DNA of 64,000 bases from Lysobacterales bacterium (lineage in GTDB: Bacteria; Pseudomonadota; Gammaproteobacteria; Xanthomonadales; SZUA-5). Both the position numbers and the translations under genes were made by a program. Every line of letters starts with the position of its first letter. Positions within the stretch are counted from its first letter, which is position 1. The notes under the pieces were generated by a model, which was not told the origin of the DNA, ran no database searches, and was given only the letters and a program-made list of their open reading frames with translations. The stretch covers positions 1,223-65,222 of the forward strand of contig JABAQR010000020.1 of the NCBI GenBank assembly GCA_019187485.1. The letters are read 5' to 3'. Shown piece after piece: positions 29,426 to 39,686 of the stretch.

Positions 29426-30700
29426 TCAACGGATCCACAAACGGTCGGCGATCACGGCGAGGTCGACCCGGCCGGGCAGTCGCCAGCCCCGGAAGGGCGT
29501 GTTCTTGCCGCGGCTCATCATCGTCGCCGCATCCAGCGTGTATTCGGCGCGTGGATCCACCAGCACGAAGTCCGGCAGCGCGCCCGCTTCCAGCGTCGGC
29601 AGCGGCAGGCCGAGGATGCGCCGCGGCGCCAATGCCGCGCGCTCCAGCCAGGCGCTGCGTGAGAGTACCCCCTCCTGCACGAGCTTCAAACCGAGGCCGA
29701 GGAAGCTGTCGACGCCGGAGGCGCCGGGCTCGGTGGCCGGGAAAGGTCGCAGCTTGGCATCCGGATCGTGCGGCTGGTGGTCGCTGCAGACCGCGTCGAT
29801 GGTGCCGTCGGCGAGCGCGGCGCGCAGCGCGTCGCGGTCGGCGCTGGTGCGCAAGGGCGGCAGCAGGTGCGCGTCGGCGCGGAAGGGCAGCACATCGTGT
29901 TCGTTCAGGAACAGGTTCGGCATCGCCACGTCGGCGCTGACGCGCAGGCCGCGTCGGCGCGCGTCGGCGATCAGGGCGACGCTGCGTGCGCAGGAGAGGC
30001 GCGCGAAGTGGGCGCGCACACCGGCTTCCTCGACCAGCATCAGGTCGCGCGCCAGCGCCAGCGTCTCGGTGGTCTCGGGGATGCCCGGCAGGCCCTGCAG
30101 CGCGGCCACCCGGCCCTCGTGCGCGACGCCGCCGGCGCCGATCCACGGGTCGATCGCCTGCAGGTGCACCGGCAGGTCCAGCGAGGCCGCGTACTGCAGT
30201 GCGCGCCGCAGCAGGTTGCTGTTTCCGAGCGGGCGTCCGATGTTGCCGACCGCGATGCAGCCGGCGGCGCGCAACGCGCCCATTTCGGCGAGCGCTTCCT
30301 CGCCGAGATCGCGAGTCAGTGCGCCGATCGCGTGCACGGTGGCGCCGCGACCTTCGCGGGCGCGCCGCAGGATCAGTTCGACGACTGCGGTCGAATCGAC
30401 CGCCGGGCGGGTATCCGGCGGCAACACGAGATGGGTGATGCCGCCGAGCAGCGCCGCGGTGACCTCCGAGCGGATATCGGCCTTGTGGGTGGCGCCGGGC
30501 TCGCGCAGGCGCGCGGCGAGGTCGACCAGCCCCGGGATCAGCCAGCGGCCGCGGCCGTCGACTTCCTCGGCGCCGCGCACTTGGGAGGGTTTCGGATCCA
30601 TGCCGAGCACCTGACCTGGCACGAACAGCAGATCAACGGCGCGCTCGCTGCCGAGGTGCGGGTAGCACAGTGTGGCGCCGCGGATCAGTACCTTGCTCAT
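29426..30700 (-). CDS. pyrC': Dihydroorotase-like protein, predicted non-catalytic (PyrC')
   Basis: 424-aa amidohydrolase fold immediately after pyrB, with an ATGA overlap. The position of the metal-binding DxHxH reads [11 protein letters not shown], so both His are replaced by Ala. Confidence 0.85.
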   Translation of the reverse strand: MSKVLIRGATLCYPHLGSERAVDLLFVPGQVLGMDPKPSQVRGAEEVDGRGRWLIPGLVDLAARLREPGATHKADIRSEVTAALLGGITHLVLPPDTRPAVDSTAVVELILRRAREGRGATVHAIGALTRDLGEEALAEMGALRAAGCIAVGNIGRPLGNSNLLRRALQYAASLDLPVHLQAIDPWIGAGGVAHEGRVAALQGLPGIPETTETLALARDLMLVEEAGVRAHFARLSCARSVALIADARRRGLRVSADVAMPNLFLNEHDVLPFRADAHLLPPLRTSADRDALRAALADGTIDAVCSDHQPHDPDAKLRPFPATEPGASGVDSFLGLGLKLVQEGVLSRSAWLERAALAPRRILGLPLPTLEAGALPDFVLVDPRAEYTLDAATMMSRGKNTPFRGWRLPGRVDLAVIADRLWIR

Positions 30701-31653
30701 GCCGGTACCTGCGCGCCGAGGATGTGGCTCATCACCGCCATGCGCACCGCGAGGCCGTTCGAAACCTGCTCCAGGATCACCGAACGCGGGCCGTCCGCGA
30801 CCTCGCTGGCGATCTCGACGCCGCGGTTCATCGGTCCCGGGTGCATCACGATGCAATCCGGCTTGGCCAGCTTCAGGCGCTCGGCCGACAGCCCGTAGCG
30901 GCGGAAATACTCGCCCTCCGACGGCAGGAAGGCGCCGCGCATGCGCTCGCGCTGCAGGCGCAGCATGACGATCACGTCGGCACCGGTGATGCCGGACTCG
31001 ATGTCGGTGTGCACCTGCACACCGAGTTCCTCGATGGCCGGCGGCAGCAGCGTGCGCGGACCGACCACGCGCAGTTCGCCGGCGCCGAGGATGCCGAAGG
31101 CGCGCAGCTCCGAGCGCGCCACGCGCGAGTGCAGCACGTCGCCGACCACGGCGATGGTCAGATCCTCGAAGCGCGGCTTGTGGCGGCGGATCGTGTAGGC
31201 GTCCAGCAGCGCCTGGGTCGGGTGTGCGTGGCGGCCGTCGCCCGCGTTCAGCACCGCGGTGCCGGGCGCCGCGTGTTCGGCGATGAAATGCGCGGCGCCG
31301 GAGTCGGGGTGGCGTACGACGAACATGTCGCAGTGCATCGCCTCGAGCGTTGCCAGGGTGTCGAGCAGGCTCTCGCCCTTGCTGGTGGAAGACGACGCCA
31401 CATCGAGGTTGACCACGTCCGCGCTGAGCCGCTCGGCGGCCAGCTCGAAGGTGGTGCGGGTGCGCGTCGACGCCTCGAAGAACAGGTTGATGATGGTGCG
31501 CCCGCGCAACAGCGGCAGCTTCTTGTTGCCGCGCAGCGCGACCCCGCGCAGCGAGTCGGCGGCGTCCAGCAGCTCCTCGACCAGCCGCCGCGGCAGGCCG
31601 TCGATGGTGAGCAGATGGCGCAAGCGGCCATCGGGGGTCAGTTGCAGGCTCAT
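30697..31653 (-). CDS. pyrB: Aspartate carbamoyltransferase catalytic subunit
   Basis: Motifs [17 protein letters not shown] and HPGPMNRG. 318 aa. Confidence 0.95.
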   Translation of the reverse strand: MSLQLTPDGRLRHLLTIDGLPRRLVEELLDAADSLRGVALRGNKKLPLLRGRTIINLFFEASTRTRTTFELAAERLSADVVNLDVASSSTSKGESLLDTLATLEAMHCDMFVVRHPDSGAAHFIAEHAAPGTAVLNAGDGRHAHPTQALLDAYTIRRHKPRFEDLTIAVVGDVLHSRVARSELRAFGILGAGELRVVGPRTLLPPAIEELGVQVHTDIESGITGADVIVMLRLQRERMRGAFLPSEGEYFRRYGLSAERLKLAKPDCIVMHPGPMNRGVEIASEVADGPRSVILEQVSNGLAVRMAVMSHILGAQVPA

Positions 31654-31665
31654 GCCCGGCGCTCC

Positions 31666-31858
31666 GCGGGCATGCGGGCACGCGGGCACGAGGGCACGAG
31701 GGCACGTGGGTGCGCGGATACGGGGGCGCGCGGGCGGGAAGGCGCCACGGCGTGCAGGATCCACTGGGGGCAGGCATGCAAGGTGTGGATGGGGAGCGCG
31801 TGAGCGCGGGGAATGGGGCTTTTCGCGTGCCCTCGTGCCTTCATGCCCTCGTGTCTTC
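31666..31858. repeat. Inverted repeat built from tandem 8-mers in the pyrR-pyrB intergenic leader
   Basis: Left arm is six 8-mers (GCGGGCAT GCGGGCAC GCGGGCAC GAGGGCAC GAGGGCAC GTGGGTGC, 31666-31713). Right arm is four complementary 8-mers (GTGCCCTC GTGCCTTC ATGCCCTC GTGTCTTC, 31827-31858). The best register pairs 25 of 28 nt. Confidence 0.85.
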
Positions 31859-31873
31859 CAGACTGCGCGGCAC

Positions 31874-32376
<503 letters not shown>

Positions 32377-32377
<1 letters not shown>

Positions 32378-32814
32378 CAGGATGTCCCGAGATAGTTTTC
32401 GAGAATCACGGCCGCGGCGTGCGCATCGATCTCGACTGCATGTTTGCGCCGTGCATTCCCGGCGGCGCGTTCGGCGGCGAATTGGCGGCGCGCGACCTGG
32501 GTGGATCCGCGCTCGTCCTGTTGCACCACCGGGCGCCGGTAGCGCTCCTGCACGCGCCCCGCGAAGCTGCGCGCGCGTGCGGTCATTGGCTGCTCGCCGC
32601 CGTCGCGCGTCAGCGGCAGGCCGACGACGATACCCTGCGGCTGCCACTCGCCCACGAGCGCATCGAGGGCCCGCCACAGTTGCGGTTCCGGCAGCATCGC
32701 CAGCGTGCGCAGCGGTCTTGCACGGCCGGTCAGTTCGTTGCCTACGGCGACGCCGAGATCGCGGGTGCCGACATCCAGGCCCAGCCAGATGCCGCTGCCC
32801 GTCATCTCAGGCAT
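32377..32814 (-). CDS. ruvX: YqgF/RuvX putative pre-16S rRNA nuclease (Holliday junction resolvase-like)
   Basis: WLGLDVGTRDLGVAVGN and DERGSTQVAR...IDAHAAAVILENYL match the family pattern. Confidence 0.9.
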
Positions 32815-33370
32815 GCCCGGCGTAATCGATGAGCAGGCGCATGTCGACGCCGGCCAGCATCGCCGCCGCCTGCCAGCGCGTTTCCAGCGGCGTCTCGAAC
32901 AAGATCGAGCCCTGGGCCGGCACGCTCAGCCAGGCGTTGCCGCGGATCTCGTCCTCGAGCTGACCAGCGCCCCAGCCGGCGTAGCCGAGTGCGACCAGCG
33001 CACGCTGCGGACCGCGCCCCTGCGCCATCGCCGCGAGCACATCGCGCGAGGTGGTCACCGCCACCTCGTCGGAGACCTTGAACGTGGAATCCCAGGCGTC
33101 GCCCGGCGCGTGCACGACGAAACCGCGGTCGGTCTGCACCGGTCCGCCGGCGTAGACCGGCTGCTCGGCAAGGCCGCGAACCGAGGTGCTGATCTGCATC
33201 TGCTCGAGCACTTCGCCGAGTCGGAAGTTCGACAGCCGATTGACGACGATGCCGAGGGCGCCCTCGGCGCTGTGCTGGCACAGAAAAGTGACGCCACGCG
33301 AGAAGTTCGGATCGGCCAGGCCCGGCATCGCGATCAACAGGTGATTGGCGAGGTAGGTGGGTTTCAGCAT
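32807..33370 (-). CDS. yqgE: YqgE/AlgH family protein (UPF0301)
   Basis: LANHLLIAMPGLADPNFSRGVTFLCQHSAEGALGIVVNR...GGPVQTDRGFVVH...GYAGWGAGQLEDEI. ATG 33370 chosen; the ORF extends to 33415. Confidence 0.9.
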   Translation of the reverse strand: MLKPTYLANHLLIAMPGLADPNFSRGVTFLCQHSAEGALGIVVNRLSNFRLGEVLEQMQISTSVRGLAEQPVYAGGPVQTDRGFVVHAPGDAWDSTFKVSDEVAVTTSRDVLAAMAQGRGPQRALVALGYAGWGAGQLEDEIRGNAWLSVPAQGSILFETPLETRWQAAAMLAGVDMRLLIDYAGHA

Positions 33371-33535
33371 GACCTCGATTGTAGCCTGCATCGGCCCCGG
33401 AATGACGGGCTGCAAGCAGGTTGGTTGGCGCTCATCGGGTGCCGACGGGCGGCGTGGATGGCGTGCCGGCCGTCACAACCGGCGTCGGGAGACGCGCGCA
33501 TACTGCGTCGCCAGGGGCCAGAACCCGGGGGCAGC

Positions 33536-35320
33536 ATGCACGCAATGAATCGTTGGGGTCGCTGCGCGGTCGCCGCGCTCGCTTGGGTGGCGTCCTGGCC
33601 GATGCTGGCGCAGGTTCCAGGCGGTCAGGTCTTCCGCGGCAATTTCGAGAATGTCGCCGATGCGCCGGCGAGCGACGCCGAAGCCGCACGCTTCCTGACC
33701 CAGGCCACCTTCGGGCCGACGCGCGCCGAGATTGCGCGTCTGCGCGGCATCGGCTACGACCAGTGGCTGGATCAGCAGTTGGACATGCCGGCCACGCTGA
33801 CCCGACCGTGGCTGGACCAATTGGCGGCCAATCCGGAGTTCTCGCTGAATTCCGGCCACCGCGTCGACCGCTTCTGGACCCAGGCGGTGTTTGGTCAGGA
33901 CCAGTTGCGCCAGCGCATGGCCTTCGCGCTGAGCCAGATCCTGGTCGTCGCCGACAGCGGCGGCATCGACACGCGGATGATCGCCGAGTATGCCGACCTG
34001 CTGACGCGTGGCGCCTTCAGCAGCTATCGCAGCCTGCTCGGGCAAGTGACCTTCAGCCCGACCATGGGCCAGTGGCTCACCTATGTGCGCAACCGCGCCG
34101 CCTATGCCAGCGGCGGCTCGATCGTGTTGCCGGACGAGAACTATGCGCGCGAAATCATGCAGTTGTTCTCCTTTGGTCTGGTCAAGCGCAACCTGGATTT
34201 CTCGCTGCAATTGACCGGCGGCCAGCCGACCCCGACCTACGACAACACCATCATCGGCGAGCTCGCGCGGGTGTTCACCGGCCTTTCCTACGGGCGCACC
34301 AATTTCGCCGGCGCCACCTTCGGCAACAACACCAACGTGGATTTCATGCTGCCGATGATGTGCTTCCCGATGGTCAGTGCCAGCAACACCAATTACAGCG
34401 CGAATGGCGTGACCTACCACGACAACGCCGCCAAGACCATTTTCGACGGCATCGTCCTGACCGCGGTGGGCAACAACGCCGCCGGATGCAATCAGGACAT
34501 CAACGCCGCGCTCGACCGCATCTTCAACCACGCCACGGTGGCGCCCTTCATCAGCCGCCAGTTGATCCAGCGTTTCGTCACCAGCAATCCGTCGGGCGCC
34601 TACATCCAGCGCGTCGCCACGGTCTTCAACAACAACGGTGCCGGTGTGCGCGGCGACCTCGGGGCGGTGATCCGCGCGGTGCTGATGGACAGTGAGGCGC
34701 GCAATTCGCCGAGCGGCAATTTCGGCAAGCTGCGCGAGCCGGTGCTGCGCATGAGCGCGCTCTGGCGCGGACTGGACGTGGTTCAGGGCCAGCCGGTGCC
34801 AGCCGGCAGCAGCGATGTCGGCAACATCTCGATGACCCTCGGATTCGACAGCAGTTTCGGCCAGCGGCCCTACAACTCGCCGACGGTGTTCAACTTCTAC
34901 GAGCCGGACTTCCAGAATCCCGGCCCGCTGCAGAACGCGAACCTGTTTTCGCCGGAGTTCCAGATCCTCAACGAGTCCTCGGTCTCGCGGATGAACAACA
35001 CCATCCAGAACCGCGTGGCCGACACCGGCTGGTTCACCGTCGCGGGCATCTACACCTGCGGCGCGGCCACCCGGCCCTGTGTGCAGTACGACAGCTACAT
35101 GACGATCATCCAGACCGCCAACGCGACCACCTATGGCCAGTTGATCGACGAGCTCGGCCTGCGCCTGATGTATGGCGGGATGAGCAGCAACATGCGCAGC
35201 ACCCTGCTGACCATGCTGACCTCGCAGGCGACGCCGACCACCAATGACCAGCGCCGCGACCGTATCCGCGACGTGATCCGAGTCATCGTGATGTCTCCCG
35301 AATTCGCCGTGCAGCGCTGA
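33536..35320 (+). CDS. DUF1800 family secreted protein
   Basis: Signal peptide MHAMNRWGRCAVAALAWVASWPMLAQ. Motifs FLTQATFGP, RQRMAFALSQILVV and ENYAREIMQLFSFG. Directly followed by a DUF1501 gene, the usual pairing. Confidence 0.75.
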   Translation: MHAMNRWGRCAVAALAWVASWPMLAQVPGGQVFRGNFENVADAPASDAEAARFLTQATFGPTRAEIARLRGIGYDQWLDQQLDMPATLTRPWLDQLAANPEFSLNSGHRVDRFWTQAVFGQDQLRQRMAFALSQILVVADSGGIDTRMIAEYADLLTRGAFSSYRSLLGQVTFSPTMGQWLTYVRNRAAYASGGSIVLPDENYAREIMQLFSFGLVKRNLDFSLQLTGGQPTPTYDNTIIGELARVFTGLSYGRTNFAGATFGNNTNVDFMLPMMCFPMVSASNTNYSANGVTYHDNAAKTIFDGIVLTAVGNNAAGCNQDINAALDRIFNHATVAPFISRQLIQRFVTSNPSGAYIQRVATVFNNNGAGVRGDLGAVIRAVLMDSEARNSPSGNFGKLREPVLRMSALWRGLDVVQGQPVPAGSSDVGNISMTLGFDSSFGQRPYNSPTVFNFYEPDFQNPGPLQNANLFSPEFQILNESSVSRMNNTIQNRVADTGWFTVAGIYTCGAATRPCVQYDSYMTIIQTANATTYGQLIDELGLRLMYGGMSSNMRSTLLTMLTSQATPTTNDQRRDRIRDVIRVIVMSPEFAVQR

Positions 35321-35330
35321 GGAGTAAGCC

Positions 35331-36965
35331 ATGTCCCGCATCCGCCGCGAACAGCGCCGCGACTTCCTGAAACACTTCTGCGCCACCCTGGCCGGCGGCT
35401 CGGCACTGTCGCTGATCCCGCAGCTGCGCCTGATGCAATCGGCACTCGCCGCCGAGCCCCTCGGCGATCCGAACTACCGCGCGCTGGTGTGCGTCTTCCT
35501 CAATGGCGGCAACGACTCCTTCAACTGGCTGGTGCCTTCGGACACCACCCGCTACAACGAGTACTCGACCGCGCGCGGCGGCGTGTACAGCGGGGCCAAC
35601 GGCCCGCTCGGACTCGCCCAGAACGTGCTGCTGCCGGTCAACATGACCGGCCCGGGCGGCGCGGCGCTGCCGGCGGGCCAGTTCTACGGACTGCACCCGG
35701 CCTGTGCCGACTGGACCAGCATCGACGACAACGGTGCTCAAACCACGATGCCGGGTCTGCAGAGCCTGACCAACCAAGGCAAGGTGGCCTGGATCACCAA
35801 CGTCGGCACCCTGGTGGTGCCGCTGACCAAGGCCACCTACAGCAATCCGTTGCTCCCGAAGCCGCCGCAACTGTATTCGCACAACGACCAGACCAACCTC
35901 TGGTTCCAGGGCCGGGAAACGGCGAATTTCCGTTTCGGCTGGGGTGGCCAGATCGCCGATCTGCTGTTTGCCCAGAACCAGCCGATCCCGGGCAGCAGCC
36001 CGGCGCTGACGGTGCCGATGAACATCTCTTTCTCCGGCAGCAATCGCTTCCAGGTCGGCACCCAGGTGGTGCCCTACCAGATGTCGAGCTGCGGCAACCC
36101 GAACGGCGGCAATCCCTTCCCGGGATCGATCGTCGGTACCAATTTTGCCAACTGTTCGGGCACCAGCGCGATCTCCAGCTTCCGTTCCTGCTCGACCGCC
36201 GGGCTGAATGCGCGCGAGCAGGCCCTGTGTGCACTGCTGAACACGCCGGGATCGGGCCTGCTGGGTTCCGAACACGCCACGACGATGCGCCGCTCGATGG
36301 ACCTCGCCGGTCAGATGGGGGCCATCCTGGCCGGAACCCCCAACAACTCGTTGTTGACCACGCCTTTCCGTGCGCTCGCCGACGACCAGGCGGTGGCCGG
36401 CTACAACCTGGCCGCGGACGGCAACAACAGCCTCGCCGAGCAATTGGCGATGGTGGCCCGCATCATCAAGATGCGCGCCCAGCTCGGTCAGACCCGTAAC
36501 ATCTTCTTCGTCTCGATCGGTGGCTGGGACACCCACGCCGGACAGATGCCGGATGACGGTCAGCCGCGTCTGCTGCGGCGCGTCTCGCGTGCGCTGGGCT
36601 CCTTCTATCGCGCACTCGTCGAGATGGGCGTCGAAAACAGCGTCACCACCTTCACGATGAGCGAGTTCGCGCGCACCTTGAACTCCAACGGCGACGGCTC
36701 CGACCACGCCTGGGGTGGCGTGCAGTTGGTCATGGGCGGCGCGGTCAACGGTGGCGCGGCCACCCAAGGCCGCCTCTACGGCACCTGGCCGAGCATGACC
36801 CTGAACGGTCCCGACAGCTTCTCGCGCGGGCAGATGATCCCGACCACGGCGATGGACCAGATCGGCGCCACCCTGGCGAGCTGGATGGGCGTCTCGCCGG
36901 CCCAGGTCAGCACGATCTTTCCGAACCTGGGGAACTTCCCGACGGGCAATCTCGGGTTCATGTAG
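35331..36965 (+). CDS. DUF1501 family protein (Tat-exported, sulfatase-like)
   Basis: GGAG RBS and the twin-arginine signal RREQRRDFLKHF. The C-terminal GDGSDHAWGG metal-site-like motif is typical of DUF1501. Confidence 0.8.
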   Translation: MSRIRREQRRDFLKHFCATLAGGSALSLIPQLRLMQSALAAEPLGDPNYRALVCVFLNGGNDSFNWLVPSDTTRYNEYSTARGGVYSGANGPLGLAQNVLLPVNMTGPGGAALPAGQFYGLHPACADWTSIDDNGAQTTMPGLQSLTNQGKVAWITNVGTLVVPLTKATYSNPLLPKPPQLYSHNDQTNLWFQGRETANFRFGWGGQIADLLFAQNQPIPGSSPALTVPMNISFSGSNRFQVGTQVVPYQMSSCGNPNGGNPFPGSIVGTNFANCSGTSAISSFRSCSTAGLNAREQALCALLNTPGSGLLGSEHATTMRRSMDLAGQMGAILAGTPNNSLLTTPFRALADDQAVAGYNLAADGNNSLAEQLAMVARIIKMRAQLGQTRNIFFVSIGGWDTHAGQMPDDGQPRLLRRVSRALGSFYRALVEMGVENSVTTFTMSEFARTLNSNGDGSDHAWGGVQLVMGGAVNGGAATQGRLYGTWPSMTLNGPDSFSRGQMIPTTAMDQIGATLASWMGVSPAQVSTIFPNLGNFPTGNLGFM

Positions 36966-37019
36966 GGCGGGCCGCTGCGCGGCCCGGTGAGTGGTCCGCA
37001 CGGCTGTGCCGCGCTCAGT

Positions 37020-37088
37020 GGTGAGTAGTGAGGAAGAGCTGGCGAACCGGCGCACACCGGTCTGGTCGGCTCTTACTCACTACTCACC
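37020..37088. terminator. Nested inverted repeat between convergent DUF1501 and tonB genes (probable bidirectional terminator)
   Basis: GGTGAGTAGTGAGGAAGAGC (37020-37039) pairs with GCTCTTACTCACTACTCACC (37069-37088) at 19 of 20 nt. The inner hairpin is ACCGG-cgcaca-CCGGT. A separate GGGCCGC-tgc-GCGGCCC hairpin lies at 36970-36986. Confidence 0.55.
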
Positions 37089-37099
37089 GCATCACCGCA

Positions 37100-37966
37100 T
37101 CACCGCATCGTCACATCTCCCGCCACGAACTGCCAGGTCCGCGTGATGTGCAGCACGTCGATCTCTTCCTGGCCGTGAGGAATCGGGGTAAACGGGGCGG
37201 CCAGTTGGACGATGCGGGTGGCGGCGTCGTCGAGTACCGGCTGGCCGGAACTGCGGATGATGTCGAGCCGCTCCAGGCTGCCGTCCTGGTTGATCGCCAC
37301 GGTCAGCACCAGGCTGCCTTCGAGGCCGCGGCGGCGCGCTTCGTCCGGATAGTTCAGGTTGCCGACGCGCTCCACGCGCGCCACCCAGGCGGCCATGTAG
37401 TTCGCGTAGGCATATTCGCGCGTGTTTGCCGAGATGAACTTGCGCTTCGGGCGCTTGGCGTAGGCCTGCGCCTGACGGTCCAGTTCCGAGGCGAGGCGCG
37501 CCATTTGCATGTTGCGCTCCATCGGCACCGGCTCACGCGGCAGTGGCCGCGCGCGCCGCTCCTCTTTCGGTGCGACCGAGCTGACCTTGAGATCGGCGCG
37601 ATCCTGGGTCAGCACCGGGGTCGGCGCGCGTTCGGCCGGAGCGGGATCGGGCGCCGCGGCGCGCACCGGCATTGGCGCGACGCCCTCGTCGGGCTTGGGA
37701 ATCGGCGAGGAAAACACCTGCGTGGGCCGTTTCGCCTCCTCGCTGGTGCCGCCGCCGGCCTGCGCCGCATTGGCCAGGAAATCGGCTTTGTCCGGCGTTT
37801 CCTGGGTAGCGGCCTGGACCAGCACCACGTCGAGCGCCGGCAGCGCCGAGCCCGGCGTGTCCTCGTCGTCGAAGCCAACGCCGAAGATCAGCACCGCATG
37901 CACGACGGTGGCGAACAGCAGCGTCAGCGACAGCCGATCACTGCTGTCGATCAGTGCGGGGCTCAC
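37100..37966 (-). CDS. tonB: TonB-family energy transducer (TonB3-like by synteny)
   Basis: N-terminal TM segment LSLTLLFATVVHAVLIFGV, a Pro/Ala-rich spacer, and a TonB C-terminal domain NYPDEARRRGLEGSLVLTVAINQDGSL...SSGQPVLDDAA. It sits between gshB and yqgE, as PA0406 (tonB3) does in P. aeruginosa by my recollection. Confidence 0.8.
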   Translation of the reverse strand: MSPALIDSSDRLSLTLLFATVVHAVLIFGVGFDDEDTPGSALPALDVVLVQAATQETPDKADFLANAAQAGGGTSEEAKRPTQVFSSPIPKPDEGVAPMPVRAAAPDPAPAERAPTPVLTQDRADLKVSSVAPKEERRARPLPREPVPMERNMQMARLASELDRQAQAYAKRPKRKFISANTREYAYANYMAAWVARVERVGNLNYPDEARRRGLEGSLVLTVAINQDGSLERLDIIRSSGQPVLDDAATRIVQLAAPFTPIPHGQEEIDVLHITRTWQFVAGDVTMR

Positions 37967-38910
37967 GGGCGCAACGCCTCCAGCCGGTCGAACAGGTCAC
38001 CGGCAATGTTGAGCCCGAAAGCGGCATCGAGCTCGCGCACGCAGGTCGGGCTGGTGACGTTGACTTCCGTGAGATAGTCGCCGATCACGTCCAGGCCGAC
38101 GAACAGCAGCCCGCGGCGCCGCAGTTCCGGGCCGACCTGCGCGCAGATCCAGCGGTCCCGTTCGGACAGTGGTTGGCCGCGTCCGCGACCGCCCTTGGCG
38201 AGGTTGCCGCGGAACTCGCCGGCCTGAGGGATGCGGGCAAGTGCGTAGGGTACCGGTTCGCCGTCGATCATCAGGATGCGCTTGTCGCCTTCGCTGATCT
38301 GCGGGATGTAGCGCTGCACCAGGGCCGCGCGCGATCCTTCGCCGGTGACGGTTTCGAAGATCACGTTGAGATTGGGGTCGCCCGCAGCGACACGGAAGAT
38401 CGACGTTCCACCCATGGAATCGAGCACTTTGGCCACGCATTCGCCGTGCTCGTCGATGAAGGCGCGCAGATCGGCGGGCAGACGCGACACCAGGGTGGGT
38501 GGGCAACACTGCGGGAACAGCGCGGTAAACAGCTTTTCGTTGGCGTCGCGCAGGGCGGCCGGGCGATTCACCACGCTCGCACCGCAGGCCTCCGCACGCT
38601 CCAGGATCTGGGTGTCGTAGAGGTATTCGGCATCGAAGGGCGGATCCTTGCGCAGCAGGATCCAGTCGAACTCCGTGGCATCGCGGAGATTCGCGGTGTC
38701 CTGTTCGAACCATCCTGCCGGATCGTCCTTGACGCGTGTCTTGCGCGTGCGCAGCCAGGCGCGACCATCGCGCAGACCCAGATCGCGTTGTTCCAGCACG
38801 TGCAACTCGTGGCCGCGGCGCTGCGCCTCGAGCAGCATCGCGAAGGTCGTGTCCTTGTGAATTTTCAGCTTCTGGATCGGGTCCATCAGCACGGCCAGCC
38901 GACGGGGCAT
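37963..38910 (-). CDS. gshB: Glutathione synthetase
   Basis: AAGGAG RBS. LMDPIQKLKIHKDTTFAMLLEAQRRGHEL closely parallels the E. coli GshB N-terminus. ATP-grasp motifs ILMIDGEPVPYALARIP and LDVIGDYLTEVNVTSPT. Confidence 0.95.
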   Translation of the reverse strand: MPRRLAVLMDPIQKLKIHKDTTFAMLLEAQRRGHELHVLEQRDLGLRDGRAWLRTRKTRVKDDPAGWFEQDTANLRDATEFDWILLRKDPPFDAEYLYDTQILERAEACGASVVNRPAALRDANEKLFTALFPQCCPPTLVSRLPADLRAFIDEHGECVAKVLDSMGGTSIFRVAAGDPNLNVIFETVTGEGSRAALVQRYIPQISEGDKRILMIDGEPVPYALARIPQAGEFRGNLAKGGRGRGQPLSERDRWICAQVGPELRRRGLLFVGLDVIGDYLTEVNVTSPTCVRELDAAFGLNIAGDLFDRLEALRP

Positions 38911-39089
38911 GCGCCAACTCCTTGAAAGCTTGGGGTTTGCCGCCCGGCTTGCGAGGCCGCTCCGGGGGGGCTCGCCTATTATGCCTGCGCAGGTGCAAAA
39001 TCCCCTGTATCGTGACCGTCGAGGTGCCGCGTACGCAGGGGGGATCTGCCCGCGGGAATCCAGCAAGCACAAATACTTGCAACGCAAAC

Positions 39090-39118
39090 TTGACATTCGA
39101 TGGAGGCTTGGCTAAAGA
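39090..39118 (+). promoter_or_regulatory. Candidate sigma70 promoter upstream of pilG
   Basis: TTGACA (39090-95), a 17-nt spacer and TAAAGA (39113-18). It overlaps the hairpin GGAGGCT-n9-AGCCTCC (39102-39124). Confidence 0.3.
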
Positions 39119-39242
39119 GCCTCCGGGGGAGTCCCGGCGATCCGGCGATGGCCATCGGTTCGCGGGGCCGCGATCACGTCGGCTGTTGCCGACCCCGGGG
39201 CGGCGCCTGGTCGTCTCGCGAACCAACGTGGCGGAGGTGGGA

Positions 39243-39662
39243 GTGGACGAGTCGCAGAACAAGGGAAACCTCGCCGGGCTGCGAGTGATGGTGATCGACG
39301 ACAGCAAGACCATCCGCAGGACTGCCGAAACGCTGCTGAAGAAGGAAGGCTGTGACGTGGTCACCGCCACCGATGGGTTCGAGGCGCTCGCCAAGATCTC
39401 CGATCACCAGCCGCACATCATCTTCGTGGACATCATGATGCCGCGTCTGGACGGCTACCAGACCTGTGCGCTCATCAAGAACAACCAGGTGTTCAAGGGC
39501 ACGCCGGTGATCATGCTGTCGAGCAAGGACGGTCTGTTCGACAAGGCGCGCGGGCGCATCGTCGGCTCCGAGCAGTACCTGACCAAACCCTTCACGCGCG
39601 AAGAGCTGCTCGGCGCGATCCGTCGCTATGTCGACGCCCGTACCGCGGTACCGCAGCACTGA
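39243..39662 (+). CDS. pilG: Twitching-motility response regulator PilG (CheY-like)
   Basis: VMVIDDSKTIRRTAETLLKKEGCDVVTATDGFEALAKI...IFVDIMMPRLDGYQTCALIKNN...YLTKPF is near-identical to my recollection of P. aeruginosa PilG. I chose the GTG at 39243 because GGAGG lies 5 nt upstream. An alternative ATG is at 39288. Confidence 0.9.
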   Translation: MDESQNKGNLAGLRVMVIDDSKTIRRTAETLLKKEGCDVVTATDGFEALAKISDHQPHIIFVDIMMPRLDGYQTCALIKNNQVFKGTPVIMLSSKDGLFDKARGRIVGSEQYLTKPFTREELLGAIRRYVDARTAVPQH

Positions 39663-39686
39663 GCGTAGTCCGATGGGGAGGTCAGC

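Noticed and set aside
32705-33535. N-terminal 277 codons of the 871-aa ORF leading into the DUF1800 gene
   Set aside because: This part is antisense to ruvX and yqgE. A signal peptide begins at ATG 33536 with a G-rich SD, so the true start is taken there.
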